Shown here: positions 28,655 to 41,652 of the stretch, piece after piece
Position numbering within the stretch: the first letter of the stretch is position 1
Layout of the letters: each line of letters begins with the position of its first letter
NCBI GenBank assembly: GCA_964016885.1
Contig: OZ024740.1
Span: 381,548,001 to 381,612,000 of the forward strand
Reading direction: 5' to 3'
DNA from: Eledone cirrhosa
Taxonomy: Eukaryota
DNA: 64,000 bases
Made by a program: the position numbers and the translations under genes
The notes under the pieces: model-generated
The model's input: the letters and a program-made list of their open reading frames with translations, nothing else
Told to the model about the DNA's origin: nothing
Databases searched by the model: none

Positions 28655-29710
28655 TGTCTGTCAGTCACCAGTTGGTACTACTGGTAACATGTATCCTAGT
28701 ACAACCTGTCCCATGGTCGGGACGTTGGCGACTAAACTGGCAACCCTACCAAGGTTTCTTGGTGAGGAGGGTGACTTTGGACATCCTGCAGGACTAAAAG
28801 CAAAACCTGTCAAAGGGCAAAAAGCTCTTAAGAGTCAATTGCCATCCAAAATCACCGGGAGAGATGACCCCTTAGCCTTTGTCAAGCCAGAATTCTAGGA
28901 GAAGGAAAACTCTGATATAACACCTGCAACCCTGATGGTATCCAATGATGTTGACTTGTTCTTCTTTTTGGTAAATATCATCTTGGTTAAGAGAGTGGGA
29001 CTGGCTTTGTGCAGAGCCTTTGCTCACTATAAAAGCTTCACGGCACAGGCATTGCTTTATATCTGGAGATCTCTCTGCACTTGTCGTCACATGGTACCAT
29101 GGGCCCAGCACTATGTGTCAATAATTGTCACAAGTGTAGTGTTTGTACCAGAGTTTTCAAGTCGCTGGCTGGACTAAAAAGTCACACTCGTTCAGCACAT
29201 CGGTATGGGTTCTCCTACATGGATATAAAGTAGTGGCCGTACTCGAAAACGAGTTGGAAGCCACCATATACATGTATACATGTGTATATATATATGCGCG
29301 GGGACATAGAAATAATCGGGCTGAATACCCGATCGAGTGGTTATACCACTGGGAGTGAAAGACCCATAGCCTTTTTCAGGGCATTCTTCTAGGAGAAGGA
29401 ACTCAGTAAACTGGGATAACTCCGACATAAAGCCTGCGCCTCGGTAGTTACCGATGATGTTGATCTTTTCTTCTCTTCGGGTTATAGCTACTGTTGCTCA
29501 GAGAGTGTGATTGGCCCAGTGCACAGCCTTTCCTCACTTTAAAAAAAATCTTCAAGCACAGGCATTGCACGATAGCATTAATTGATAATTATTAATAATG
29601 GTATATCGTGCAATGGCCATACTCTATAGCTAGTGGGCAGCCATCATGTGTATGTATGTATGTATGTATGTATGTATGTATGTATGTATGTATGTATGTA
29701 TGTATGTATG
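28655..29710 (+). mobile_element. Two partial copies of the (TATG)n-tailed RTE-related element
   Basis: Similarity to 25115-25650; ctaggagaaggaa at 28895 and 29388. Confidence 0.6.
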
Positions 29711-29841
29711 TATATATCAACCCTTAACTCTCGATGAAGTCCTAGAAGTGAGTTAATGTTCTACTACATGTCTTGGGATTTAAAACCTGGCGGAGCACAT
29801 CACCTCTTCAGGTATGAGCGCAACCGATTTCTTCCGATGAA

Positions 29842-29903
<62 letters not shown>

Positions 29904-29904
29904 T

Positions 29905-30065
29905 GGAAGAATCGATTCCACTACTGGTCTGGTACTTTTTATCGACATGGAAAAGATGAAAAGGGAATTCAAATTTAGCTGGGTTTGAATTCAGAGGGAG
30001 AAAGCTGGCTGGGACGAATACCACAAAGTATTCTATTGAACCTGCTACTGATTCTGCCAATTCAC
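29905..30065 (-). mobile_element. Old SINE copy
   Basis: ttggcagaatc..gaattcaaacccagc..ttcatctttt..gtcgataaaaagtacc on the minus strand. Confidence 0.65.
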
Positions 30066-30466
30066 AACCTGATGAAATGTATACGAGAGAGTATATATCA
30101 GAATAAATGACGATATATTTTATAGGATATCTGTTGTGTTATATAATCTCTATCGAAATTGCTGGTATTGATTTGAATTTACTGAAGAATACTTTGTGGT
30201 GTGCTGAAATATATATGAAGGAATGAGAGGATTTCAGCAGCTTGCTCCTTCATGAAACCTAAAACGAACATAGAAACCTTATAAATTTACACTCTAAATC
30301 CAGTACAGTCTTTGTGATCTCTTACGATTCAGTGTGAATCTTGGGAATAGGTAAGAGATTGGCTAATCCATATATTTAGTTAAATATGAAATCATGGATC
30401 TGTTTTCGATTTTCTCTCTCTCTCTCTTTTTCTCTTTCTCTATCTCTATCTATATCTATATCTATC

Positions 30467-30564
<98 letters not shown>

Positions 30565-30897
30565 GTGGTTATACAACAGTTAGTTCACGATTAATAAATT
30601 AAATAATCAGAGCAATATACTATAAAGTATGTCCATAGAATCATTTGATAATATATATACACCATTTTCTCTCCCAATTAGCATACACAAACAATTAGAC
30701 CAGGCTATAAGATTAAAAGGCACCTATGAAAAATAGTAGATAAATAAACGACAGCAATCTCTTAGCGGCCAACCGCCATAGAACTTTTACCCAACATTTC
30801 AACAGCACGTGGATATCGATTAAATATACCGTCAACCATACACAATTAGGTATAAAATTAAAGTTAGAAGAAATGCATATACACCTACCAGGATTGA

Positions 30898-30976
30898 GTT
30901 TCTACCCTCAGGTTTCGTTCGCATTTAGAAATATCATATAAAGGATAAATCTCGAGCTTCGAACTCATCAGGAAAC
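30898..30976 (-). ncRNA. Canonical type I hammerhead ribozyme with a 38-nt stem II loop
   Basis: Minus strand: gtttc-CTGATGA-gttcg-(38 nt)-cgaac-GAAA-CC-tgag-G-GTA-gaaac; all core nucleotides and three helices present. Confidence 0.85.
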
Positions 30977-31210
30977 AAACTCGTTTGGACAAATAATTTT
31001 CTTAAGTGATCCCCGCTAGAAACGAATTCAAAATGACTAAGAATTGTGACGAGGCAGTGGTCAAGTCAGAAAGAATGTGATTGGTTGCTTACGGCGAGTG
31101 GGCTGGTTGCTAGAAAGCGCAGCCCAATATTGCCCAAATTGCATCTCAACCTAATGGGAGTTTATTAAATATAAAAATTTACATATACACAAACTATGGA
31201 CATACTTTAT

Positions 31211-31252
<42 letters not shown>

Positions 31253-31427
31253 CATATGTATGCGTTTGTGTGTGTGCGTTTGTATAAACTGTTTCACCCA
31301 GGGTTGCATTACTACATAAATTTCCATATAATTGAAAAATCCCACCCCACCACACACATACACACTGAAACACACACATACCCCTCCATATATATATATA
31401 TATTTATATATATATATATGTGTGTGT

Positions 31428-31838
31428 GTTCCATAGGCGGTATGCCGGTTGAGCACTCTATGCTCTTACAGAGCAGAGTATGATAGAATAGAAAACGAAA
31501 AATCAGTGATGCATCTGAACTTAACTTATTGTGTGTTACAATTGCTTCGCCGGCGAGACGCGAGACGCGATCATTGTGTGGATCTGTCTGATTCTGGACC
31601 CGCAGGTTTGACGGACACGTCTAATGATTTCAGAGCATGTTCTCTCACTGGGGTATCTGACCCTCTGGGCCAGTACCGTAAAAAAAACCAAAATCATTAG
31701 ACGTGTCCGTCGAACCCGCGGGCCCCAAATCAGACAGATCCACACAATGATCGCGTCTCCAGCTGTCCGCCAGCGAAACAATTGTAACATACAATAAATT
31801 GAGTTCAGATGCATCACTGAGTTTTCGTTTTCTATTCT
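31428..31838 (-). mobile_element. Fold-back element: ~145-bp diverged inverted arms plus ~55-nt tail
   Basis: 31485-31630 vs 31691-31838 inverted; HHR-like GAAACAATTGTA at 31775; microsatellite flanks. Confidence 0.75.
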
Positions 31839-31921
31839 CTCTCTCTCTATATATATATATTTATATATATATACATATACATAGAGCACTCTCTTTTTAT
31901 TTACCTTTCCTACAGAAGCAC

Positions 31922-31963
<42 letters not shown>

Positions 31964-31975
<12 letters not shown>

Positions 31976-32202
31976 AAGAATCAAAGAACTGTTCAAACAT
32001 TATTGTGCTTACAGTTCTTTGATTCTTATATTTCATATAACTGCTCTGTAAATCATCTGATGTTTTTACATTGAGCTACTTAACTTACTGGTAATAAGGT
32101 AGTAATACATTACTGCCTACCACTATTTAGGGTACGTGTAAAATACTTATAACTGCATAAGGTTTTGTATTTACATAACCATAAATAGTATAACTATTAC
32201 TA
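31964..32202 (+). mobile_element. Mini fold-back element, same family as 2357-3855
   Basis: 29-bp hairpin 31964-31992/32011-32039 plus tail homologous to 3485-3855; (TA)n both sides. Confidence 0.85.
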
Positions 32203-32320
32203 TATATATATATATTTATATATATATAACGAAGGAAATGTGGTAAGGAACCAGGTGGACCATAACGCACCAAAGTACTCAATACTTGAGGTAGTAGAGT
32301 GGGTAATAGGAACCAGTAAG

Positions 32321-32414
32321 ACCCCGACAGCTGAGCTCAAGCCGTTTCGACGGCTAATTCTGGACTAAATGAAAATTTATCCTGGTATTTAAATAGCCGA
32401 TCTTCTCAAGGGGT
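32321..32414 (-). ncRNA. Type I hammerhead ribozyme, U3-A8 variant (inverted copy)
   Basis: Exact reverse complement of 34010-34103. Confidence 0.75.
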
Positions 32415-34009
32415 AATTCCATATATGGTCAAAGTGATTGTCAAAAATCAGTAGTAATTCTGTGGTTGCAAATTAGTAGGGGAGATGGTGGCTAAACCTG
32501 CCAGTAGGAGAAAGAGGGGAGGGGTGGAGTAGCCCCAATCAAGCGTTTGTAGTGCCAGCTACAGCTGGGCATGAGGTCAAAGAAGATACAGGGGAGGGGG
32601 AGGGGGAGGAAGTCGGAACGGTAGGTAGAACAATGGAGGGTAGAAATATATAGGAAAGGAAAAATACTGAGAGTGAAGAAAAGCAAATAAGTGTAAAGAA
32701 AAACAAATGAGTGTAAAGAAAAAATTAAAGTAAATTAAATTCTACGACCTAGGTCTCTAGCTATTGTTAGTCTAGAATAAATAAATAAATAAAGAAAGAA
32801 AGAAGTAAAGAAAGAAATAAAGAAATAACGAAATAAGTAAAAGAACTAGGTGGGACGGAATAGGCGAGGACCCTTTTAAGAGGTATAAGTACGTAAATGA
32901 TACGGTGACGGGTCAACAAAAGGGGCCAAAATACTAAAGAGACTACCACGAAATAAACAATAAAGGTTTCCATGCCGGGCACAATTCCAGCAACCACCCA
33001 GTGCAGCAAAGTGAACTAATACGAGATAATAATTCTGAGTCCCGAGAAAAATATATACTAATGCTAACTCTAAAAGATCTAAAACAAGCTACATGAAAGT
33101 TCGTACGAAGTAAAGGTAGAATACGGAAGAATAAATTCAGAATCCACCCCGCCCAAAAGAAAAGCGAAGAAAGAAATACTGAAACGGAAAAATAAGGCAT
33201 AAGTGCCACTAAGAAATATAGAGGGCACAGAGAATAGTGGGAGCGGTCGGAAAAAGGGGACAAGTATCCGGGGTCTAAACCAACTGCTATAAAGGGCGGA
33301 GTCCGCCAAATCTATCCTAGACTAGGGGAGGGGGTGGGGGTACTAAGGCTACAAGGGGCCAAAGGGCAGCCTCAGGTGGGCTAGAAAAGACGCCGACAAA
33401 GGAGAAGAGCTGGGGTAGAAGGACTAAGGAGAGAGGGGGGAAGGAAGGAAATCAAGGAAGCGATAAAAGAATACAAAGAAGATCTTACGTCTCCCTTGGC
33501 AAGCAGGGGTTACCCATTGCAAAATCGGCAAGTGGGGTGTTATAGCCCTAGTCTTCTTTGTATTCTTAGTCCCACCTAGTTCTTTTACTTATTTCGTTAT
33601 TTCTTTATTTCTTTCTTTACTTCTTTTTTTCTTTATTTATTTATTTATTCTAGACTAACAATAGCTAGAGACCTAGGTCGTAGAATTTAATTTACTTTAA
33701 TTTTTTCTTTACACTCATTTGTTTTTCTTTACACTTATTTGCTTTTCTTCACTCAGTATTTTTTCCTTTCCTATATATTTCTACCCTCCATTGTTCTACC
33801 TACCGTTCCGACTTCCTCCCCCTCCCCCTCCGCTGTATCTTCTTTGACCTCATGCCTAGCTGTAGCTGGCACTACAAACGCTTGATTGGGGCTACTCCAC
33901 CCCTCCCCTCTTTCTCCTACTGGCAGGTTTAGCCACCATCTCCCCTACTAATTTGCAACCACAGAATTACTACTGATTTTTGACAATCACTTTGACCATA
34001 TATGGAATT

Positions 34010-34103
34010 ACCCCTTGAGAAGATCGGCTATTTAAATACCAGGATAAATTTTCATTTAGTCCAGAATTAGCCGTCGAAACGGCTTGAGCTCAGCTGTCGG
34101 GGT
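34010..34103 (+). ncRNA. Type I hammerhead ribozyme, U3-A8 core variant
   Basis: acccc-TTGAGAA-gatcggcta-(37 nt)-tagccgtc-GAAA-cggct-tgagctc-agct-GTC-ggggt. Confidence 0.75.
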
Positions 34104-34113
34104 CTTACTGGTT

Positions 34114-34169
<56 letters not shown>

Positions 34170-34175
34170 TATATA

Positions 34176-34322
34176 TATTTTATAGAAGGAGCTTCTACAG
34201 GACTAGTACTGTTTCGTTCGAAACAGTACTAGTCCTGTAGAAGCTCCTTCTATAAAATAAAAAAATTTTACTCTGCCATGTATTGAGTACCTTACTTATC
34301 CCCGACTCAACCCGGGACCTAC

Positions 34323-34324
<2 letters not shown>
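34176..34324 (+). mobile_element. Mini fold-back element: perfect 41-bp hairpin containing the 3' half of an HHR, plus ~65-nt tail
   Basis: Arms 34176-34216/34219-34259; GAAACAG-tactagtc-CTGTA-gaag; (TA)n both sides. Confidence 0.8.
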
Positions 34325-34359
<35 letters not shown>

Positions 34360-34852
34360 GTATAAGTGTGTGTATGCAATGAATATGAGATCATTTGCTG
34401 TTACTTTATTCATTTGTTGAGTAGAATCAGAACCAAAACCACATGATGCGCCCCACACCTACTAACATAAATACGCACGCGCACAAACAAACACAATAAA
34501 ACGCACATACACGCCACCTTCATACAGATACACACACACAAAATTTACTGCAATTTTAAAGACTCCAATTAGAAGAACCAATCAAATAATTAGTTGCTTC
34601 CCAATGGATGACGATGAACAACATTTACGTTATAGCTTTAATGAATATTATTTTATGTGTTAGACTCCAAACAAACATTCTTTCTTTATTTTGTTCTTTT
34701 CTATATTCCCCCCACTTCTCTCTTTCACTGTTTCGTCCTCTATTTTTCTTTCTTCTTTTCTATATTTGTTCCTTTCGCCCTTCCCTGTTCTTTCTTTCCA
34801 TCGTTTATCCCTATTTCATATAATATTTTTCATGTATTATTGAAATATGAAT

Positions 34853-34995
34853 AATTGTTTCTACTTTTGGCACAAGGCCAGCAATTACCCAATGTATTAC
34901 TGGTACTTTATTCTATCGACCCCGGAAGGATGAAAGCAAAGTTAACCTCGGCGGGATTTGAACTCAGATCATACAGGGAGGTAACTCTATGCGTT
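34853..34995 (-). mobile_element. SINE, 5'-truncated, with TSD
   Basis: Family match; TSD tattattgaaatat(g/a)aataat. Confidence 0.85.
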
Positions 34996-35188
34996 TTTGA
35001 TATTATTATTGAAATATAAATAATAATATCAAAAACGAAACAATATGAACAGATAAACTCTCTTTCTCTCTCTCTTGTTCCTTTTCCTTTGCTGTCTCTC
35101 TCTCACCCACAGCTACGCATGCAAACATAAACACACATGTATATGTAAAACACATACACTCTCATACATGTATATAGTATATATCGTT

Positions 35189-35244
<56 letters not shown>

Positions 35245-35904
35245 TATCATCACCATCACCATCCTCCTATTTCCCATTATCATCATCATCATCATCATCA
35301 TTAACACCACCCCACCCGTACCACCATCCTCCTCTTCGTCATTGACGTCGATGTTGTTTTGTCATCGTCATTATCATAATTATTTTGGTCATTATTCTGA
35401 TCTCTAACGCTAATCGTTCTCATTATAATAAAAACAATCTATAATTAATAAAAGGCTAGAAATTGGAAAATGTTGTGGGTAGAGGATTAAATCAACTCCA
35501 GTATTTGACTGGTGCTATATTTATGGACATCAGAATTAAGAAAATCAAAGCTGACAATGTCGCATTTTGAAATTAGAACGTAGAGCTCCTTAAAATATAG
35601 CTCAAGTTGTTTTGCCCGATGCTCTACCGTTCTCACACTTCAATAAACATGTCTTTATTAGTTCTCACACATAGTAAACAACATGCACGTAATAGTTACA
35701 ATATATGTGCGGCTGGAAACAAGTTATATGGAACGAGATTAGTGGTAACATATAATAGACAAGTAAATTTAATAAAGTATAAATGTATTATAAAACACAA
35801 TAAAAAGTGAAAGAAACATTTCAGGCTCCCAGCACTCACAGAGGCTTGAACCTACTAATTAAGTCAATTCAGAATCCCTCACATTTCCACTCACTCAGAA
35901 TAAT

Positions 35905-36083
35905 AATAATTGTTTCTACTTTTGGCACGAGGCCAGCAATTACCCAAGCGTATTATTGGTACTTTATTTTATCGACCTCGTAAGGATGAAAGGCAAAGTT
36001 AACCTCGACGGGATTTGAACTCAGACGGCAAAGGGACGTAACTATGCTGGAAAGCATGGCGTCCGACCCGCTACCGATACTGT
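35905..36083 (-). mobile_element. SINE with TSD
   Basis: Family match; TSD cactcactcagaataataataat. Confidence 0.85.
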
Positions 36084-36140
36084 CACTCACTCAGAATAAT
36101 AATAATGATGATGAGATGAGGATGGTAGTTGTGGTGGTGG

Positions 36141-36171
<31 letters not shown>

Positions 36172-36179
36172 AAAAATAA

Positions 36180-36876
36180 TAATTTCTGATTAAAGCAAGG
36201 CCACCAATTTTGAAGGAGAGGGAGGAAAGTCAATTAAATCGACCCAATTGCGTTACGAGTACTTTATCGTATCAACTGCCAATTCACTGCCCTAACAACA
36301 ACAACTACAGCAACAACAACAACGATAATAATTGTTTCTACTTTTGGCAAAAGGCCAACAATTACCTCAGTCCATAACTGGTGCTTTATTTTATGACCCC
36401 CGCAAGGAGGAAAGGCAAAGTTAACCTCGGCGGGATTTGAACTCAATAATAATGATAGTAATAATAATGGTTTCTTATATAGGTAGAAGGCAGCAATTTT
36501 GGGGGTAGGGGAAAGTTGATAAAATCGACCCCAGTGCGTGACTGGTACTTTATTTTATCGACCCCGTAAGGATGAAAGGCAAAGTTAACCTCGGCGGGAT
36601 TTGAACTCAGATCATAAAGGACCGTCACTCTATGCGGCAAAGCATGGCGTCCGACCCTCTACCGATACTGCCAATCCAATAATAATAATGGTTTCTTATA
36701 TAGGCACAAGGCCAGCAATTTGGAGGGAGGGGAAAGTCGATTAAATCGACCCCCGGTAACTTACTGGTGGTTTATTTTATCGACCCCGTAAGGATGAAAG
36801 GCAAAGTTAACTTCGGCGGGATTTGAACTCAGACCGTAAAGGGACGTAACTCTATGCTGCAAATCAGGGCGTCCGA
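36180..36876 (-). mobile_element. Tandem array of 3-4 SINE copies joined by (AAT)n tails
   Basis: Repeated ggatgaaaggcaaagttaacctcggcgggatttgaactc at ~36410, 36570 and 36790. Confidence 0.9.
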
Positions 36877-36879
36877 TAA

Positions 36880-39800
36880 TAATAATAATGGTTTCTTTAT
36901 TGCCCACAAGGGCTAACATGAAGAAAAACATTACAAACGGCACAGAACAGTACAGGACGATACAAAGTGGGTTTTGGTCGTGTAAATAGATTATAACAAA
37001 ATCGGGCTAGAAATGAAATAATTCAAGCAACAAAAATTCCCCAAGAAGGGGGAAACCTCCGAGGGTCACTCGTGGTGAAAACCACACAAAAGACCACGGA
37101 CATCGTGACCACCAGGGCAACCGCCCTCTCTCACTTTTCCTACTCCTCAGTCTACAGGCGTATACTCAGAGCGTTCACTCGGACCAGACTCGCCACTTTA
37201 ACCCACCTTTCAACAAATTTACTAGACGACAGCTCTTGCCTTTCCACCCTGATTTTCCTCTTCAAGTGAAACTTGAAAAAGTTAATCAGGGATTGGCTAA
37301 GAGAGGAAAGTGTCCGTCTTCATCCCTTTCAACCTTGTCCACCACACAATCTCTTTCGCCATGGTGACCAGGCAGATGAAAACTGCCTTCCCTTCCTCCT
37401 CTTTAAAGGAGGATGGCGGGGCTATCTGCACAATGGACTCATTCGATAACCGGATCCGTCTTACACGTACAGCAGTTGTTCGACATAGCTCAACAAGTCA
37501 GCAATCCTCGTGCACGCACTAGTTCAGTGCACGACGGTTTCGTCACCCTGCGCTCATCTCGGACAGGCTCGACTGACAGCACCTCCGTGCGTGTAGAGTG
37601 TATCCCGAACCGGCAACGCTTCCCGGTAGCACTGCCAGGCCAGCGATTTCTGGAAGTTGTCCATAGGCCCCGGTCTGAAAGTTCTCTTGAAAAGGGCGAA
37701 CAGCTGATCGTCTTCGATGTTCAGGGTCTCCCCGAGAACGTCGTCGCTCTTTCCCTCCACTATCCCTCTATAGAACGCCGAGGTGAATGTTCCACCGATA
37801 CTAGTATCCAGCTGGTAGAGGGCGGTGAGCGATTGGAGACATTCCAGCTTCCAAGCGCTATCCCTCGGTCTTTTCCTAATATAGGACTGCAGCTCCATCA
37901 AGGAGACGAGCTGGGAAAAGCGCGTCTAGAAAACGGCAACCACACCTGTTCATCGTCAAGGAAGCACCAGAGATGTCGCAACCTCAGCGCATGTTTGCAC
38001 ATCATCAGCCACGGCATGCCTAGTCCTCCACGCAATGGGTGTTGACAGCAAATGGATCGTCTGACCATGGGAGGACGTCCCTTCCGCAAAAAGCGGAAGA
38101 GAAGGCGCTCCATTTTTGGTCAGAGTTGGGCGGGGCCAAATTACGATCGTCAGGCGGTAGCAGATGACTGGCGCGATGTACGCATTCGCCACCTCCACCC
38201 GACCTTTCAGAGACAGCCGCCTCTCGACCCATTTCTGTGTGAGAAAGGCCACCCTGCACGTCACCTCGGTCCGGTTTTTCTCCATCTGGAGGTCCGGACC
38301 GAACCAGACCCCGAGCAATTTAACCGGTCCTCACATCCAGCGCCCGACGACGCTGTCAGATGGTATGGACTTGACTCTCCAGGTGCCGAGTTGCAAGCCC
38401 ACCGACTTTTCCTGCTTTATCTTTGCTCCTATCACCGCTTCGTATTCCTTGAGAGCAGGGCCGAGTATCTGGACGTGTTTGGTGCTCGACACCACCACGG
38501 TGACGTCGTCGTCGTAAGCTGACACGGATCTCCCGCATCCTAGCTCGCGGGGGACCCCCTTCATCGTCTCCAATTTGTGCAGTAACGGCTCCAGGGCCAG
38601 TACGTACAAGAGGGACGAGAGGGGGAAACCCTGCCGAACCGAGCGCATGATGCTGAAAGGCTGCGGCAGGTGACCATTCACCCTAACAATCGAGCAGATG
38701 TCGCTGTGCATCGCAGCGATCCAGCCCCTAAAAACGGGCCCGAAGCTTGCCGCCTCGAGGACCGCAGCCAGGTCCCGATGGTTGACCCTATCAAATGCTT
38801 TAGATTGATCCAAGTTGATCAGGGTCTCCCGTGCCATGTTCCTTAACGACCCTCTCTATGATGTATAGCATGAGGAGGATGGATAAGTCCGGAATGGCGC
38901 ATGTCTGCGCCTCTCTTATCAGATTACCGATGACAAGTGCCAATCTCGTTGCTAACACCTTGGCCAAAATCTTGAAGTCTGTGTTTAACAGGGTTATGGA
39001 CCTGAAGTTGTCTATAACGTCCCCTTTGTTCGGGTCTTTTCTCAACAGCGCCACCGCTCCCCGGCTCACAAAACTGGGAATGCTCCCGTTCTGCTGCCAA
39101 GAGGACGCCGAACAAGTCTGGCATGTACGCATAAAGCTCGTAGGGCGGATCATCCAATCCTGTCGATTTACCTCTCGTGCAGTCAGACATCGCTTCCCGT
39201 ATTTCACCTCCTGTTATCGGCTTTTCGCAATAATGCACTGCGGTAGTCGAGAACCGCGGCAGTCCTTCGAGGTATGCACTGAAGTTCATACTCCGATCTA
39301 GCCCGCCGCCGCTCCCAAACAGTTGAGCAAATTGCTGCTGAAAAGCCTCCCACATCTGCTCGGGTTCGAGTAACATGTGCCCGTTTTAGTCAGGCAATAA
39401 TTGAATTGTGGCTTTGTTGCCACGTTGCGCCTCCACCACTCGGGCTCATTGGTCAGATTTTTCCCGCCTCTTGTCTCAGAGCACGCGCTCTAGCTCTGAC
39501 ATTTGACCAGACATTTGACCAGACGATGTATTTTTCTTTTAAATGTTTATAATGTTCTATTTTAATTTCAATAATGTTTATATTTTTCGGGAGAGTTCTT
39601 GGTGTCGGTGGGGTGTAGTAATTTTTGTCCGTAATGCCTGTGTGCTGCTTTATATGTTCTCAGAGTTCTTTATTTGCCATGTTTATGGCTGCGTAATGTT
39701 TTTTTTTTGGGGGGGGGGGGTTTGGTTTTGTTGCTGTTTTCTTGTTGCTGCTGTTGTCAATGTTTATCTTGTGTCTGCGATGTTGATGTTTATGGTGATG

Positions 39801-41652
39801 CTGGTGGTGGTGGTGTGGTAGTTGTTGGTGGTGATGGTGGTGGCGTTGCTGCGAGTCGCCTTGCAGCCTTTACCCCTCTTTGCATTCGCTTTTGGAGGGT
39901 GAAGCTAAGGGTTTTTATATTTTTTGTTTTTTTGTGGAAGACCGTTTGCCACTTAACTCCCGCCTCAGACTCCATGTCAGATTCCGTGGCGTCTGGGAGG
40001 GGTATGTGCTTCACGGCTGTTGGTGGTGGTAGTCAAGCCCTCTCCGGCGATTTTGTTGCTGGTGCAGCTACTGCAAATGTAACTACTGGTGTTGCCGTCA
40101 CTGCTGCTGCTGCTTTAGTTGTCCATGGCCTTGGTACGGGTGCCACGGACGTTGCCCTCCGTGGAAGTGTATTCTGCATTTGTTGCCTGCCATGCTCTTG
40201 GTAGCAGCGGACCAGGCATTGGAAGGAAGAAGGGCCTTCTTCTTCGTTGTCTTCTGCGGGAAAAAGGCCCCGAGGTGACCCTTTGACCCACATAGATGAC
40301 ATTTTGGGCGTCTTCCTTCCACGCTCCAGGTCTATGATATCGGAGATAGCCTCGATACACTCCTGGTCAGTTTGTATAAGCATTTGCATTCCTATACCTG
40401 ACCAGTTCTCTCTCCCTATTTTCTCTACTTGTAGCATGGTCGTCCTGTCCTCGATTCCAACAAGAACAGACGCGGCCAGCCAAGGTATGGGCATGTTGGG
40501 TGGGAACTGGGTCACTTTGACCCTCACAATTTTCTGCCCGCAGTAGGAGGGCACCAAGACTATCTCCTCACTCCTTAGGGTTTCCAAAGAGTGAGATTTC
40601 GCTTTTTGGGGGGTAGGGTAAAGTACGTCCACTGTGGCATACTTTCTGCCTCGGGTGATGTGGGTTTTGCACGCCCAGACACACCCCAAGGCCTTTTGGA
40701 TTTGAGCCTCCGTGGCTCTCTCCACCCGTGGTGACATTTTGCTTACGGTTCGGTAAGTCACCGTCCGTAGCTGCTGGTCCTTGAAAATATCGGGTGGAGG
40801 TTTCAGGGAAACTCTATTGGCATTTTTTGTCACCATGGCCCTTACGACTGCCATCTCCTCTTCTGTGACTAACACTGTTTCGATATTTCGGGCCACGCCT
40901 GCAAAAGAAGTCACCCCTTTTTGAGCGGCACCACTATTGCTGCCGCTACTGGTCTTGCTGGTGGTGCTGAGATCGCTGTTACTAGTATTGATGTCATTGT
41001 TGTTGTTTTCGTTGGTATTGTTGTTGCTGTTATTGTTGTCATTGTTGTTGTTTTCGTTGACACTGTTGCTGCTATTACTGTTATTGTGGCTGTTATTATT
41101 GTTGTTTTTGTTGATACTCTTTCCACTATTATTGTTGTTGTGGCTGTTGTTATTGTCACTGTTATTGTCTTTCTCGACCTTATCGCTGTTATTTTTGTTG
41201 TTGCTGTTGTTATTGATGGTGTTGTTGTTGGTGTTATTGTTGGTGTTGTTTGTGTTAGAAATATTTGGTGTTTTTAAATATGTAACAATATCATTAAAAA
41301 TGATATTGTTTCTCTTCGTAGTATTTTCTTTAATATTCACCTTTGCTAGAACGCTGTTTTGTTGACATGTTGACAAAGTCCCCCTCTCTCTGTGTTGTCT
41401 GACAGCGCTCTCTCTCTCTTTTTTGTGTTATCCATGTTGAAAGAAAAATTTTTTTTTTCAAATAATCTTTTTTTACATAATACGGCACCCCGTAAAGGCG
41501 TGCCGCATTATTTATGAGTGAACCCCTGTATTAGGTGGGTCACTTGTTCTAAACTTGTATCAAGTTTAAACTTGAATAAAAGGTTTAGAACGGTTGAAAA
41601 CGAGGTAAACTGTTGAAAAAACTGGAGCCGATAAGAAGCGTGGCTTCACCTT
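36880..41652 (-). mobile_element. Tx1/L1-clade LINE A: ORF1 plus disrupted RT; APE endonuclease deleted
   Basis: ORF1 40033-41376 (Asn-rich N-terminus; shifted knuckle CHLCGSKGH). RT pieces NFRSITLLNTDFKILAK, LDQSKAFDRV, SVRQGFPLS, AYDDD. ORF1 joins mid-ORF2 near 39500-39540. (ATT)n tail. Confidence 0.92.

Larger units (their letters stand above)
32228..34118 (-). mobile_element. Young non-coding fold-back element with ~550-bp near-identical inverted arms, each carrying an HHR
   Basis: 32306-32856 vs 33569-34118 inverted; 78-nt unpaired tail 32228-32305; (TA)n both sides; no meaningful ORF. Confidence 0.9.

Noticed and set aside
36180-36876. CRISPR-like repeat array
   Set aside because: Tandem SINE copies in eukaryotic DNA; no constant-length spacers or cas genes
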